Shown: positions 8,596 to 18,979 of the stretch, piece by piece | Layout: each line of letters starts with the position of its first letter | How positions within the stretch are numbered: the first letter of the stretch is position 1 | Source: Gemmatimonadales bacterium | GTDB taxonomy: Bacteria; Gemmatimonadota; Gemmatimonadetes; Gemmatimonadales; GWC2-71-9 | Assembly: GCA_041615815.1 (NCBI GenBank) | Contig: JBFJCP010000031.1 | Location: 1-52,329 of the forward strand | DNA length: 52,329 bases | Direction: 5' to 3' | Notes under the pieces: generated by a model | Told to the model about the DNA's origin: nothing | The model's database searches: none | What the model saw: the letters and a program-made list of their open reading frames with translations, nothing else | Made by a program: the position numbers and the translations under genes

Positions 8596-9813
8596 ATGGC
8601 CAGCAGCGAACTGAAGATCGTCCGACGCATGCGGTCGGTATTGGGCGCCAAGGCGGTCGTGGAAGCCCATGAGGGCGAACCTCCGCGAGTGGCGCCGCGT
8701 AATGACGACGCCGTGGCGCTGGTCCTTCAAACGGCGGCGGCAAACAGATGGACCGTACGGGTGGAGGGCGCCGGCTCCTGGCAGCACGGCGATGGCCCCG
8801 GCGATCTCGTCCTCACCACCCGTGATCTCACCGCGATGTCACATCTGGACGCCGGTGACCTCGTGGCCAGTGCCGAGGCCGGGATGCCATGGGATGACCT
8901 ACGCCGTCAGCTCGCGGACCGCGGCACCTGGGTTGCCGCAGACCCACCCGGCCACGGCCGGACCCTCGGCTCGGTGGTGGCAACGGGAACCGCCGGCCCC
9001 TTGCGCGCCGGATTCGGAGGGGTCCGCGACCAGCTCCTAGGCGTGACCGTCGTCACTGGGAACGGTCGCGTCATTCGCGTGGGGGGACGGGTCGTCAAGA
9101 ACGTCGCAGGCTTCGATCTCACGAAGGTCGTGGCGGGAAGCTTCGGGATGTTCGGGGTCGTGACAACCGTTCACCTCCGACTCCGCGCCGTTCCTCGCGA
9201 GGATCTCACGCTCGTCGCCACCGGGTCCCGCGATAACCTTCTCCAGCAAGCGCGGGCCGTGCTCGAAGCAGGTCACACACCAGCCGCCCTCGAACTGTTC
9301 TCACCGCAGGCCGCCGGACGGGACGCCTGGGCATTGACGGTCAGGCTCAGCGGATCGCCGATCGCGGTGCGGACGACCGGAGACGCGATTAGGGGTATCG
9401 TCGACCGTGCGAGCGAGCTCGATTCCGCGGAGGCAACCACCGTCTGGCGTGAAGCTGCCGTCAGGGCCGTGGGTGCCCCACTCACCGTGCGACTCGGCAC
9501 GCTCTCGACCGCGCTCGATGATGCCCTCGACCTCATCACGCACCACCTCTCCGAGGAGTGGATCAGCGTGACCGTGCCTGCGGGAGCCATCCGCTGGAGC
9601 GGGCACGCCTCCGCCGAGCACCTCAAGCTTCTTCGTCACCAGGCCGCCCAATTGGAAATGCCGGTGACCCTGGAGCGGGCCCCCTGGGACGTTCGCAACG
9701 GCCTCGGACACTTCGGTGCCTATCGTGAGGGGGTGGGACGGTTGGTCGATCGCTTGCGGCGCACCTTCGACCCCGCCGGTGTGCTCGTCGTGGCCCGAGG
9801 CGACAACGGGTGA
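8596..9813 (+). CDS. glcE: Glycolate oxidase FAD-binding subunit GlcE family
   Basis: GGRVVKNVAGFDL motif and position between glcD and glcF. Confidence 0.85.
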   Translation: MASSELKIVRRMRSVLGAKAVVEAHEGEPPRVAPRNDDAVALVLQTAAANRWTVRVEGAGSWQHGDGPGDLVLTTRDLTAMSHLDAGDLVASAEAGMPWDDLRRQLADRGTWVAADPPGHGRTLGSVVATGTAGPLRAGFGGVRDQLLGVTVVTGNGRVIRVGGRVVKNVAGFDLTKVVAGSFGMFGVVTTVHLRLRAVPREDLTLVATGSRDNLLQQARAVLEAGHTPAALELFSPQAAGRDAWALTVRLSGSPIAVRTTGDAIRGIVDRASELDSAEATTVWREAAVRAVGAPLTVRLGTLSTALDDALDLITHHLSEEWISVTVPAGAIRWSGHASAEHLKLLRHQAAQLEMPVTLERAPWDVRNGLGHFGAYREGVGRLVDRLRRTFDPAGVLVVARGDNG

Positions 9814-11060
9814 CGGACGCCTTCCGTGGCCTCGATGCATGCGTTCACTGCGGGTTCTGCCTCCAGAGCTGCCCCACCTTCCTCGTGACCGGAGACGAAG
9901 CCGACAGTCCACGCGGTCGGATCGTCCTGATGCAACGGCTCGAGACCGGGGAACTCCCAGCCAACGACCGCAACGTGGTGACCCATTTGGACCGATGCCT
10001 CGGGTGCCGCGCCTGCGAGCCGGCGTGTCCCTCAGGGGTACGCTACGGTCCGGCTCTCGAAGCGGCTCGTCAGAGACTCACCATCGCGCGCCCCGTGCCG
10101 CTTGCCGCGCGCGTCGTTCACACTGTCATGGCGGAACCCGCGCTTCGCCGGCCACTGTTGGCGATCGCGCGCGCCGTTCGCCCGTTGGCATCTCGCCTCG
10201 CCGGCTCCTCGACGGTGGCGTTCGGCATGGGTATGCTCGCGGCGACCAAACCTTTAGACGATGGTTCGGATGCACGGAAACGCTGGAGGCGGAGGGGAGC
10301 CACACCGGCAGTTGCTCCTGCCTCTCCTTCCACCACGGCCTCCGTATTCAAGGGCTGCATCATGGATGGGCTCTTCGGCCATGTGCACGCCGCCACGGAA
10401 CGCGTGCTTCGCGCCCACGGGTGGGATGTCCAATCGGTCTCCGGCGCGGGATGTTGCGGCGCACTCCACGCACATGCGGGACAACACGATGCCGCGGTGG
10501 CCCTCGCGCGTGCCAATGTGGAGGCCTACGCTGGCGCACGCAGCCACACAATCGTGGTCAACAGCGCCGGGTGCGGTGCATTGCTCAAGGATTACGATCG
10601 ATTGTTGAGTGGCGATCCCGATGCAGCGGCACTCGCGGCTCGGGTGCGTGACGTGACCGAAGTACTCGCCGAATCGGGCCCGCGGGAAGGAGGGCGCCTC
10701 TCGCTTCGCGTCGCCTACGATCCCCCCTGTCACTTACTGCACGCTCAGGGCGTGGCTGACGCGCCGCACAAGATCTTGAACGCCATTCCAGGCCTCACCC
10801 TGGTTGAGCATGAGGACGCCGAGCTCTGTTGCGGAAGCGCCGGAAGCTACTCGTTGACGGAGCGCACCCTCTCGCGAAGCATTCTCGATCGGAAGATCGC
10901 CACCTTGACGGCGGCGGCCCCCGATGTGGTCGCCACCGGAAATCCTGGGTGTGCCATGCAAATCGGTGCCGGCCTCATCGCGGTGGGGTATTCCGCGCCG
11001 GTCCTCCACCCCGTGGAACTCTTGGATCGCTCGTATCGGCGGGCAGGATACTATGACTGA
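9810..11060 (+). CDS. glcF: Glycolate oxidase iron-sulfur subunit GlcF
   Basis: CVHCGFCLQSCP and CLGCRACEPACP ferredoxin motifs, two CCG domains, SPRGRI. Confidence 0.9.
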   Translation: MTDAFRGLDACVHCGFCLQSCPTFLVTGDEADSPRGRIVLMQRLETGELPANDRNVVTHLDRCLGCRACEPACPSGVRYGPALEAARQRLTIARPVPLAARVVHTVMAEPALRRPLLAIARAVRPLASRLAGSSTVAFGMGMLAATKPLDDGSDARKRWRRRGATPAVAPASPSTTASVFKGCIMDGLFGHVHAATERVLRAHGWDVQSVSGAGCCGALHAHAGQHDAAVALARANVEAYAGARSHTIVVNSAGCGALLKDYDRLLSGDPDAAALAARVRDVTEVLAESGPREGGRLSLRVAYDPPCHLLHAQGVADAPHKILNAIPGLTLVEHEDAELCCGSAGSYSLTERTLSRSILDRKIATLTAAAPDVVATGNPGCAMQIGAGLIAVGYSAPVLHPVELLDRSYRRAGYYD

Positions 11061-12075
11061 GTCGCCGACAGCCGACAGTCTCCAGCCGCCGATGGTCGTG
11101 GGGCCAGAGCATCTGGATGAGCGCGACGTCGATGCGGTCCTGAACGGCGCGGCAGTTGCCCGGGTGGACCAGGCAGTGTACGACCTCACCGGAGCTGGCG
11201 TGGTCACGTGTGTCCAGGGAGTCCTGACCAATGACGTCGAAGCTCCGGGACCCGACAGCCTGGTGTTCGGCGCTGTGCTGACCCCCAAGGGCAAGATCGT
11301 CGCCGATCTCTGGGTGACGCGCCGGAGCGACCGGATGACGCTCGTCGCTCCGCCTGAAGCTCGCGCGGGTCTCGAGAAGATCTTTATGCGATACTTTCCG
11401 CCCAGGCTCGCGCGAGTGTCCGACGTCACCGCCGAACGGTGTTTGTTTCGACTCACCGGTGCCAAAGTCCTCGGGAGGGCAGCCATGGCGGGGTTCACCC
11501 TACCGCACCCCGGCCGCGCCGCCGACGCCATGCTCGGTGACGTCGAGTGCGAGGTGACCCGCCCCAGCGGCGCCGCGCCGTTCTCGGTCCAGATTCTGGT
11601 GCCCCGCGACGGCGCGGAGAAGGTCGGGGTCACGCTCGGTCGTTTCGGCTTTACCGAAACGCCTCCCCTCGCACTCGAGCTCGCTCGAATCGTAGCGGGG
11701 TGGCCCAAGCTCGGCACTGAAATCGATGCAAAGACGCTCCCCCAAGAAGTGCGGTTCGACGACATTGACGGTGTGTCATACTCCAAGGGCTGCTACACCG
11801 GGCAAGAAACCGTGGCACGGCTGCATTTCCGGGGACATACCAATCGATACCTCACCGGTCTGGTGTGGGAGAAACGACCAGCCCCCGCCGAGTCATCGGC
11901 TATCGTGCGCGGAGATCGTCCTGTCGGCCGCGTCACCGCAGTCGCCTGGATCCCGAGGCTCGAGACCTTCATCGGTCTCGGCCTGGTGCGGCGTGAGGTC
12001 CAGATCGGTGACGAGGTCACCGCCGCGGGCGCTCCCGCCATCACGTCGCTGCTCCCGCTATCCGTCGGCGCGTGA
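11053..12075 (+). CDS. ygfZ: Folate-binding protein YgfZ / GcvT-like
   Basis: KGCYTGQE signature. ATG 11053 overlaps the end of glcF. Confidence 0.85.
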   Translation: MTESPTADSLQPPMVVGPEHLDERDVDAVLNGAAVARVDQAVYDLTGAGVVTCVQGVLTNDVEAPGPDSLVFGAVLTPKGKIVADLWVTRRSDRMTLVAPPEARAGLEKIFMRYFPPRLARVSDVTAERCLFRLTGAKVLGRAAMAGFTLPHPGRAADAMLGDVECEVTRPSGAAPFSVQILVPRDGAEKVGVTLGRFGFTETPPLALELARIVAGWPKLGTEIDAKTLPQEVRFDDIDGVSYSKGCYTGQETVARLHFRGHTNRYLTGLVWEKRPAPAESSAIVRGDRPVGRVTAVAWIPRLETFIGLGLVRREVQIGDEVTAAGAPAITSLLPLSVGA

Positions 12076-13259
12076 CCCGCTGGCGCGGCGTTGGTCCCGG
12101 GCTCATCGTGGCCGCCGCCTTCATCGGACCCGGGACCGTGACCACGGCAACCCTCGCCGGTGCGCGGCACGGCTCCACGCTCCTCTGGGCGCTGCTGTTC
12201 GCGACGGTTGCGACCATCGTGCTGCAAGAAATGAGCGCCCGCTTGGGTCTCACCACCGGGGCGGGTCTTGGACAGGCCCTACGGGCCACCGGCGCTCCGT
12301 GGCTCGGGATGATCCTGGCGGGGCTTGCCGCCACGGCAGTGGTGACTGGAGCCGCCGCCTACGAGGCCGGGAATCTGACGGGCGCCGCGTTGGGACTCGA
12401 GAGCAATACCGGCCTTCCGCTACCGGTGTGGGTGTCCGCCGGTGCGCTCCTGGCCGGTATCCTCCTGTGGACCGGTCGTTACCGCGTGCTGGAACGAGTG
12501 CTGGCAGCCTGTGTCGCCGTGATGGGCCTCATGTTCCTCGCCACCGCCGTCATGGTGCTGCCCAACCTCGGCGAGCTTGCGGTTGGCGCGTTTACCTTTC
12601 AACTCCCCCGCGGAAGCGAGCTCACGGCTCTCGCCCTCGTCGGGACGACGATCGTTCCGTACAACCTGTTTCTCCATGCGGCGGCGGTTCGGGAACGCTG
12701 GAATGCCTCGGACGATCTTCCTGCGGCGCGCCTGGATCTCGTCCTGGCCATCGGGCTCGGCGGACTCGTCTCCAGCGCCGTCGTGGTAACGGCGGCGGCC
12801 GCCCTGGACGGTACGCAGATCACGTCCGCCTCGGATATGGCTGGGCAGCTCGAGCCGCTGCTCGGCACGTGGGCGAGTCACTCGTTTGCCACCGGCTACG
12901 CGGCAGCTGGTGTATCATCCGCGATCACGGCACCGTTGGCGGCCGCCTACACGGTGCTCGATACTCTGGGTCGCGGCCGCGATGTTCGCACTCCCACGGC
13001 CCGCATCATCTCGCTCGGTTGTGTTGGAGTGGGAGCAACAGTGGCTTTGCTGGGCCTCCGCCCGATTCCCTTGATCTTCCTTGCGCAGGTCGTGAACGGT
13101 CTCGTACTCCCCGCGGTTGCCCTCATCCTCCTCGTAGCCATGAACGACCGTGGGCGCTTGGGTAGGCACGTGAACGGGTGGAAGGGCAATCTGGCAGGAG
13201 GGGCCGTCGTGCTGTTGACGGCGGTCCTCGGGATACGGGCGGTGGCGTTGGCATTTTGA
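12072..13259 (+). CDS. Nramp-family divalent metal transporter
   Basis: AAFIGPGTVTT, LQEMSARLG and GTTIVPYNLFLH motifs; highly hydrophobic. Confidence 0.87.
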   Translation: MTRWRGVGPGLIVAAAFIGPGTVTTATLAGARHGSTLLWALLFATVATIVLQEMSARLGLTTGAGLGQALRATGAPWLGMILAGLAATAVVTGAAAYEAGNLTGAALGLESNTGLPLPVWVSAGALLAGILLWTGRYRVLERVLAACVAVMGLMFLATAVMVLPNLGELAVGAFTFQLPRGSELTALALVGTTIVPYNLFLHAAAVRERWNASDDLPAARLDLVLAIGLGGLVSSAVVVTAAAALDGTQITSASDMAGQLEPLLGTWASHSFATGYAAAGVSSAITAPLAAAYTVLDTLGRGRDVRTPTARIISLGCVGVGATVALLGLRPIPLIFLAQVVNGLVLPAVALILLVAMNDRGRLGRHVNGWKGNLAGGAVVLLTAVLGIRAVALAF

Positions 13260-13343
13260 CGTTGGAAGGCTGGAACCTGAGAACGTTGGATAGTCCAGAA
13301 GCACGTTCCCCCACACCTCTAGCCTTCTAGCCTTCCGTCTATT
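13260..13343. repeat. Octamer-repeat inverted hairpin between convergent genes
   Basis: GTTGGAAGGCTGGAA ... CTCTAGCCTTCTAGCCTTCCGTC. Confidence 0.6.
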
Positions 13344-13820
13344 CTAGCCTCCGTCAGGATTCCCGATATCCAGCGCCACCTTCCATGAGCCGTCGGCCTG
13401 TTTGCGCCAGACTGTGACATACGACCCGGTTACCTGGACTGCGTTGCCCGTCGCATCGCGCCCGGTGGTGTGGTACCGGCCGAACGTGTAGCCCAGGTCT
13501 CCGCTCTCAGCCACCTCCGCATTGGTCGGCTCCCAGGTGAGCCCGAAGTGGTCGTCGGCAAACCACCGGGTCACCACCGCACGAATCGAATCACGTCCGG
13601 CAATCACCCCGCCCGGTTGGAACATCACACCGTCTTCCGCGAAGTACGATGTCCACCCCTCGGCCCCCCGTTCCGCGGTTGCTTTTGCAAAAGCGATATC
13701 CGCATTTCGAATCTCCCGCGCGCCGCTGGTATCGGCCATGGCGCGGCATCCCACGGCCATCAGCCCCAAGAGGGCCACTCGACTCACGGCGCCCCAGACT
13801 ATCCGTCTTCCTGCATGCAT
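13344..13820 (-). CDS. DUF4440/SnoaL-like NTF2-fold exported protein (possible lipoprotein)
   Basis: LTWEP..AEVAESGDLGYTFG and YVTVWRKQADGSWKV.LDIG motifs; hydrophobic N-terminus ending AVGC. Confidence 0.85.
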   Translation of the reverse strand: MHAGRRIVWGAVSRVALLGLMAVGCRAMADTSGAREIRNADIAFAKATAERGAEGWTSYFAEDGVMFQPGGVIAGRDSIRAVVTRWFADDHFGLTWEPTNAEVAESGDLGYTFGRYHTTGRDATGNAVQVTGSYVTVWRKQADGSWKVALDIGNPDGG

Positions 13821-13842
13821 CGGTCTGCTCTCCTCTATTCCA

Positions 13843-16584
13843 CTAATCCATCTGTACGGTGAGAGACACCTCCAACAATCGATCGATCTGCGCCTTCGAT
13901 TCCGAGAGGTGTGCCAGTGTCATCGTGTCCAATGAGGGGCGGCTTTCGAGAACGCGGCCGATCCGTTCGGACAGGCGGCCCAGCTCGTACCGCGCCACGG
14001 ATCGTGCGTCCTCAGGCACCCCGATCGTCGCGGGATGGAGCAAGCGGGCATACTCGAAGATGAATCCCCGCTGCAGGTTGCGGCGAAACGAGTCGATCGC
14101 CCGCGCCTCGGCCGGCGTCTCCTCCAGCTCGGACCAGATCGCGCGAGTGAGCGTACCGAGAAGATCGCTCATTCGATAGACGCCAGAACCCGGCGGCACG
14201 CGGACTTCATTGTCGATCATGCGGACGAGCCGCGGAGGACTGATCAGCTCATCCAACAGCGCTAGTTGGACGACGGCCACGTACCCGTGGATCGGGTAAT
14301 CGAGCGGGACCGTGAAAAAGGGAAGTCCCCAGTGCGCCCAACGGGCGGGCGCAAGTTTGTTCAGGAACGAGGCTTCGATCTCGAACGATCGCTCGGAGAA
14401 AAGCTCGTCCACGAGAAGCTCCACCGCCGCACGTTGTGTCGCTGCGGGCACCGGCGTGAACGGCAGCGGCGCGTTGGGATCGCCCTTGTGTGCGCGCGAC
14501 GTGGCAATTCCCCCCACGGTCTTGGTTACCGGCAAGAGGGCGAGAAATCGATCGAAGATCAACCCGGTGAGCGCGCCGCGAAGCCGTTGATACCCCTCGC
14601 CATCCGCGATCAGCCGCTGCTCGAGATTGGGCTGCACCCGTTTGATCACGGCGATCCGGTCACGCGCATGGTCCACCGGCCGAGAGCCCAAGTCCCATGC
14701 GCTCGTCTGCGGATCCAGCGCGAAGGGACCCAACCAGTTGTCTTCATCCGTGCCGTAGGCAAGTAAGGGCTCGGATGCGCGAGCCGCGAGCCTTCGCAAG
14801 ACGGAAAGCTCGTCTTCTGGAGTGCGCACGGGCGCCCTGTCCGTGGAGGACCCCGACGACGAGCCACCGCCCCCTACCTCGTGCCCGTAGATGGGCATGT
14901 AGGCGTACTGGATGGCCCATTGGTCATAATCACCAACCGTCGGGTTCCAATAGTGGCCCTGACGCTTGGGGTCGACTGCGACGTTGACCGGTGGGTAGTC
15001 CATCACGGAGAGCGTCACTCCGTGCTGGCGGGTGAACGTCGTATCGTGGAGACGCTCGTTCGGAGTGCTGGCCGAACTCTTGAAGTTGTGCCTGAGCCCG
15101 AGGGTGTGCCCGACCTCGTGCATCACGAGGTCCCGAATGGCGTCACCAAGGTACCGTTCCGGGAGGGGCTGGCCGCCGTCGATGATGCCAAGGCTGGCGA
15201 GCATCGCATGCTGCATCCCCAGCTGGTGCTGCATGCCAAACTGGGCATAGCAAATCCGTGACGCCATGTGCGTGGGGAGCTCTCGCTGCAACCGGATGGC
15301 CTCGCGGTATCGACGTACCAGCTCGTCGGGACCGGACAGCTCCTGCCATTCGTAGAGCCACCCCTGAACGAACGACCACGAGACCAGGATATCGGCGTTG
15401 AGGATCTCGCCCGTGCGGGGATCCGTCTGCGACGGGCCAATCGCGTAGCCCATTCGATGGGCGGCCGTCCACCGCACCGTGGAGTAGCGGATATCCTCCG
15501 CACTCCACGTGCTGTCGTTGGGCGCGTCGCGTGCCACCACGGCGTTGCGATACCCCGCCGCTTCGAAGGCCTTGTTCCACGCCTCGATCCCTTCCCTCAC
15601 GTACCGCCGGTACTCCATCGGAACACTGTGGTCGATGTAGTACACGATCGGGTTCACCGGCTCCGAGACCGTTGCCGCGTGATCCTTCTTCTCCAGCCGC
15701 CACCGCGTGATGTAGCGCACGAAGGTGGCCTCCTCCCGATCGCGCGAGAAATCACGCTGCGCATCCAGGAAGTGACCCACCCGATCATCCGCGAGCCGCC
15801 GCTGCATGGGCGTGTCGGGAAGCGCGAATAGGGAATAGCGAATGCTCAGGGGGATCGATCGGTAGTCGGACACGCCCTCCCCACCCACGACTGGAAAATC
15901 ACTCGCTTGGAACGTCAGCGCGGCATCGAGCTCGACGTTGCGAGGAAACGCACGGACGCGATCCACGTAGCTTCGCCCCTTATCCAGACTGACCGACTTG
16001 TTGCCATAGTAGAGCTTGATCCAGCGAACCACGTCCGCATAGTCCGAGACAAAGAAGCTCGTGACATCCACCGCCACACTCTTGGTCTCGCTGTGCTCGG
16101 TTTCGATCTTGAACCCTGCCACGATCGAATGACCCACGTTCTCGTCGAGAGACGCCCGCATGGGCGACGCCGAGTCCGCTGTAAACCGAGGATTCACGCG
16201 CACCAGATACAGATGATCACCCGAGCGCTCGATGCGCATGAGGTGCGTATCGTCCAAGTACAGCCCGTCGTGAATGTTGTAATCCCCAATCCCGCGACTG
16301 TAATGCATCACCATCCCAAACTCCTTCCCGACTTGATCGGGACGGATCTCGAGATAGAGGGTGTTGTCACGTTTGAGATGGAGTGTGAGAAATCCCTGGA
16401 TGGCTCGGGTGTCCTTGAGAACCTCGTCCCACGGCTTGAACGGGCCCTTCTCGTCTTTCTTGGTCGTGTCCTCGGCGGCTCGGGCTGTCGTTTGGGGTGC
16501 CGGTGCCGGGGCCTGCACCTGCACGCACCCCGCCAGAGACACGAGGGTGGCGGCGGGTATCAACAACCGCAACGGGCGGAACAT
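13843..16584 (-). CDS. Lipoprotein zinc-dependent metalloprotease (EcxA/DUF4953-DUF5117-like)
   Basis: HEVGHTLGLRHNF metzincin motif, SVMDY Met-turn, DPRTGEIL, LAGC lipobox, and GGAGG RBS before ATG 16584. Confidence 0.9.
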   Translation of the reverse strand: MFRPLRLLIPAATLVSLAGCVQVQAPAPAPQTTARAAEDTTKKDEKGPFKPWDEVLKDTRAIQGFLTLHLKRDNTLYLEIRPDQVGKEFGMVMHYSRGIGDYNIHDGLYLDDTHLMRIERSGDHLYLVRVNPRFTADSASPMRASLDENVGHSIVAGFKIETEHSETKSVAVDVTSFFVSDYADVVRWIKLYYGNKSVSLDKGRSYVDRVRAFPRNVELDAALTFQASDFPVVGGEGVSDYRSIPLSIRYSLFALPDTPMQRRLADDRVGHFLDAQRDFSRDREEATFVRYITRWRLEKKDHAATVSEPVNPIVYYIDHSVPMEYRRYVREGIEAWNKAFEAAGYRNAVVARDAPNDSTWSAEDIRYSTVRWTAAHRMGYAIGPSQTDPRTGEILNADILVSWSFVQGWLYEWQELSGPDELVRRYREAIRLQRELPTHMASRICYAQFGMQHQLGMQHAMLASLGIIDGGQPLPERYLGDAIRDLVMHEVGHTLGLRHNFKSSASTPNERLHDTTFTRQHGVTLSVMDYPPVNVAVDPKRQGHYWNPTVGDYDQWAIQYAYMPIYGHEVGGGGSSSGSSTDRAPVRTPEDELSVLRRLAARASEPLLAYGTDEDNWLGPFALDPQTSAWDLGSRPVDHARDRIAVIKRVQPNLEQRLIADGEGYQRLRGALTGLIFDRFLALLPVTKTVGGIATSRAHKGDPNAPLPFTPVPAATQRAAVELLVDELFSERSFEIEASFLNKLAPARWAHWGLPFFTVPLDYPIHGYVAVVQLALLDELISPPRLVRMIDNEVRVPPGSGVYRMSDLLGTLTRAIWSELEETPAEARAIDSFRRNLQRGFIFEYARLLHPATIGVPEDARSVARYELGRLSERIGRVLESRPSLDTMTLAHLSESKAQIDRLLEVSLTVQMD

Positions 16585-16852
16585 CAACGACCTCCAGCGC
16601 AACCGCTTTCAGGGAAAGAACCTACGGGCAGGAGGGTGCCGTGCTCGGACGAATCCTCCAAGCTTGATGGATATCCGCCTCCACACCGAGCGTCAAGCCG
16701 GTCCGCCTACCTGCCAGCCAGAGGCGCAATCGCACGCCCCGGGGGTCCTTCTCCTTATACCCAGACCGGCCAGAAACGCTAGCGTCGCTCCTCCCATGAG
16801 GGCATAGTAAGACAGTCACACACCACTCCTCATCTCTGTCAGCATAGGTCTT

Positions 16853-18154
16853 ATGCCAGCCCGTCCGTTGGTCTCCTTGCTCTTGTTCCTGGGCATCGCC
16901 GCTGTCACGGCCACTTCTGCCCGCGCCCAGGCTCCCGAAGTGGACGCCGCCATCGCGCGGATCGTGCCCGAAATCACCGCGATCCGCCACCACTTGCACC
17001 AGCACCCCGAGCTCAGTAACCGCGAGTTCGAAACTGCCAACCTGGTGGCGGATTATCTGCGAAAACTGGGTTTCGACGAAGTGCAAACCGGGATCGCCCA
17101 CACAGGTGTGGTCGGCATCCTCAAGGGGGGACGACCGGGACCCGTAGTCGCCGTGCGGGCGGACATGGATGCACTGCCTGTCACCGAGGATACCCCATAC
17201 CCGTTCAAGTCCACGGTGCGAGCCACCTATCTGGACCAGGAGGTCGGGGTCTCCCACGCTTGTGGACACGACATTCACACCGCGGTGCAGTTGGGTGTGG
17301 CGAACGTGCTGGCGTCGATGCGTGCCGATCTCCCCGGCACGGTGAAATTCATCTTCCAACCTGCTGAAGAAGGCGCGCCACCGGGCGAAGAGGGTGGGGC
17401 CGACCTCATGATCAGGGAAGGGGTGCTCCAGAACCCCGCGCCGGCGGCCATCTTCGGGCTCCACACGTTGTGGAACATGGAGGTGGGCACCGTCGGCTAC
17501 ACACCCGGCCCGGCGCTGGCCGCGGCGGATGCCTTCATCATCAAGCTTCGCGGCAAGGGCGCGCACGGGGCGTCGCCACACCTGAGCGCGGACCCCATCG
17601 TGATGGCCGGCCAGGCCATCACGATGCTTCAAACCATCCGATCGCGGAACATGCCTCCCCTCGAGCCTGGTGTCGTGACCATTGGGCTGGTTCGGGGCGG
17701 CACCCGCATGAATATCATTCCGGATGAGGTGCATCTCGAGGGCACCGTCCGATCGTACAGCACCGAGATGCAGGATCTCGTGGAACGACGCATGAACGAA
17801 ATCCTGTCGGGCATCACCACAGCCGGAGGCGGCAGCTACGAGCTCACCTACAATCGTTTTACGCCGGCCACCGTGAACGACATCGCGCTCTCAGAATGGG
17901 CGGCACCGCGGATGGCGCAGGTTCTGGGCTCCGAACGGGTGCAGCTCCTCGAGCCCGCCACCGTGGCTGAGGATTTCTCCTACTTCGCGAACGAGATTCC
18001 CGGGTTCTATTACCGTCTCGGCACGCAGAAGCCGGGGACGACCTCCGGAAATCATCACACCGCCAACTTCCAGGCAGACGACAGCGCGCTTCCCGTGGGG
18101 ATCCGGGTCATGACGAACCTGCTCCTGGACTATCTCCGCAAAGGCGTGAGCTGA
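16853..18154 (+). CDS. M20D-family amidohydrolase with signal peptide
   Basis: HQHPELS.REFET, RADMDALP, HACGHD.H, FQPAEEG and AEDFS motifs. Confidence 0.92.
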   Translation: MPARPLVSLLLFLGIAAVTATSARAQAPEVDAAIARIVPEITAIRHHLHQHPELSNREFETANLVADYLRKLGFDEVQTGIAHTGVVGILKGGRPGPVVAVRADMDALPVTEDTPYPFKSTVRATYLDQEVGVSHACGHDIHTAVQLGVANVLASMRADLPGTVKFIFQPAEEGAPPGEEGGADLMIREGVLQNPAPAAIFGLHTLWNMEVGTVGYTPGPALAAADAFIIKLRGKGAHGASPHLSADPIVMAGQAITMLQTIRSRNMPPLEPGVVTIGLVRGGTRMNIIPDEVHLEGTVRSYSTEMQDLVERRMNEILSGITTAGGGSYELTYNRFTPATVNDIALSEWAAPRMAQVLGSERVQLLEPATVAEDFSYFANEIPGFYYRLGTQKPGTTSGNHHTANFQADDSALPVGIRVMTNLLLDYLRKGVS

Positions 18155-18194
18155 GCAGCCCCGCGGATCACGCGCGACCGTTGGAGCGGATACG

Positions 18195-18977
18195 GTGACC
18201 GAGCAGAGTCGGAGCGTACCGGTCGAGCGCCACTCGACGGCGGAGACTGAGCGCACCACGGATCCGGTTGCCGTCGAGGATCCTCTCGAAATCCGTCTCG
18301 GCGACGTCCCCTTAGCGGTCGTGATGCGCACCCCGGGAGACGACCAAGATCTCGTCCGAGGGTTCTTGCTCACTGAAGGCATTCTGATCGATCCAGCCGA
18401 GATCGCCGCGCTCGAGCGGTTGGACGACTCTCGTGTGAGTGTACGGTTTCGCGAGGGTGTGGATGTGGACCCGACCCGGTTCCAGCGGAACCTGTTTATG
18501 TCCAGTTCGTGCGGAGTCTGCGGCAAGGCGTCCATCGAGGCCGTGCAGCTGTTCGCCAAACCCGCGCGGCCGTTCGTGATTCGACGAACCGTGCTGTCCA
18601 CGCTCACCGAACGATTGCGTGAGCGGCAGCCGACGTTCGACACCACCGGCGGTCTCCACGCCGCAGGACTGTTTACACTCGTGGGCAAGGTGTTGGCGGT
18701 CCGCGAAGACGTGGGTCGGCACAATGCCGTCGACAAAGCCATTGGTGCCACGGCCCCACACCACTGGCCCATCCCTCCCGCCGTCTTGGTCGTGTCGGGA
18801 CGGCAGAGCTTCGAGATCGTCCAGAAGGCCGCGGTCGTTGGGATCGGAGCCGTGGTAGGGGTGTCGGCACCGTCCTCTCTGGCGGTGGAGCTGGCGGAGT
18901 CCCTGCAAATGCTGCTGGTTGGGTTCTCGAGAGGCCGGCAGTTCAACGTCTATGCCGGTGGTGACCACCTGGAGTGA
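18195..18977 (+). CDS. fdhD: Formate dehydrogenase accessory sulfurtransferase FdhD
   Basis: MRTPG, SSCGVCGK, TGGLHAA and REDVGRHNAVDK motifs. Confidence 0.95.
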   Translation: MTEQSRSVPVERHSTAETERTTDPVAVEDPLEIRLGDVPLAVVMRTPGDDQDLVRGFLLTEGILIDPAEIAALERLDDSRVSVRFREGVDVDPTRFQRNLFMSSSCGVCGKASIEAVQLFAKPARPFVIRRTVLSTLTERLRERQPTFDTTGGLHAAGLFTLVGKVLAVREDVGRHNAVDKAIGATAPHHWPIPPAVLVVSGRQSFEIVQKAAVVGIGAVVGVSAPSSLAVELAESLQMLLVGFSRGRQFNVYAGGDHLE

Positions 18978-18979
18978 CT

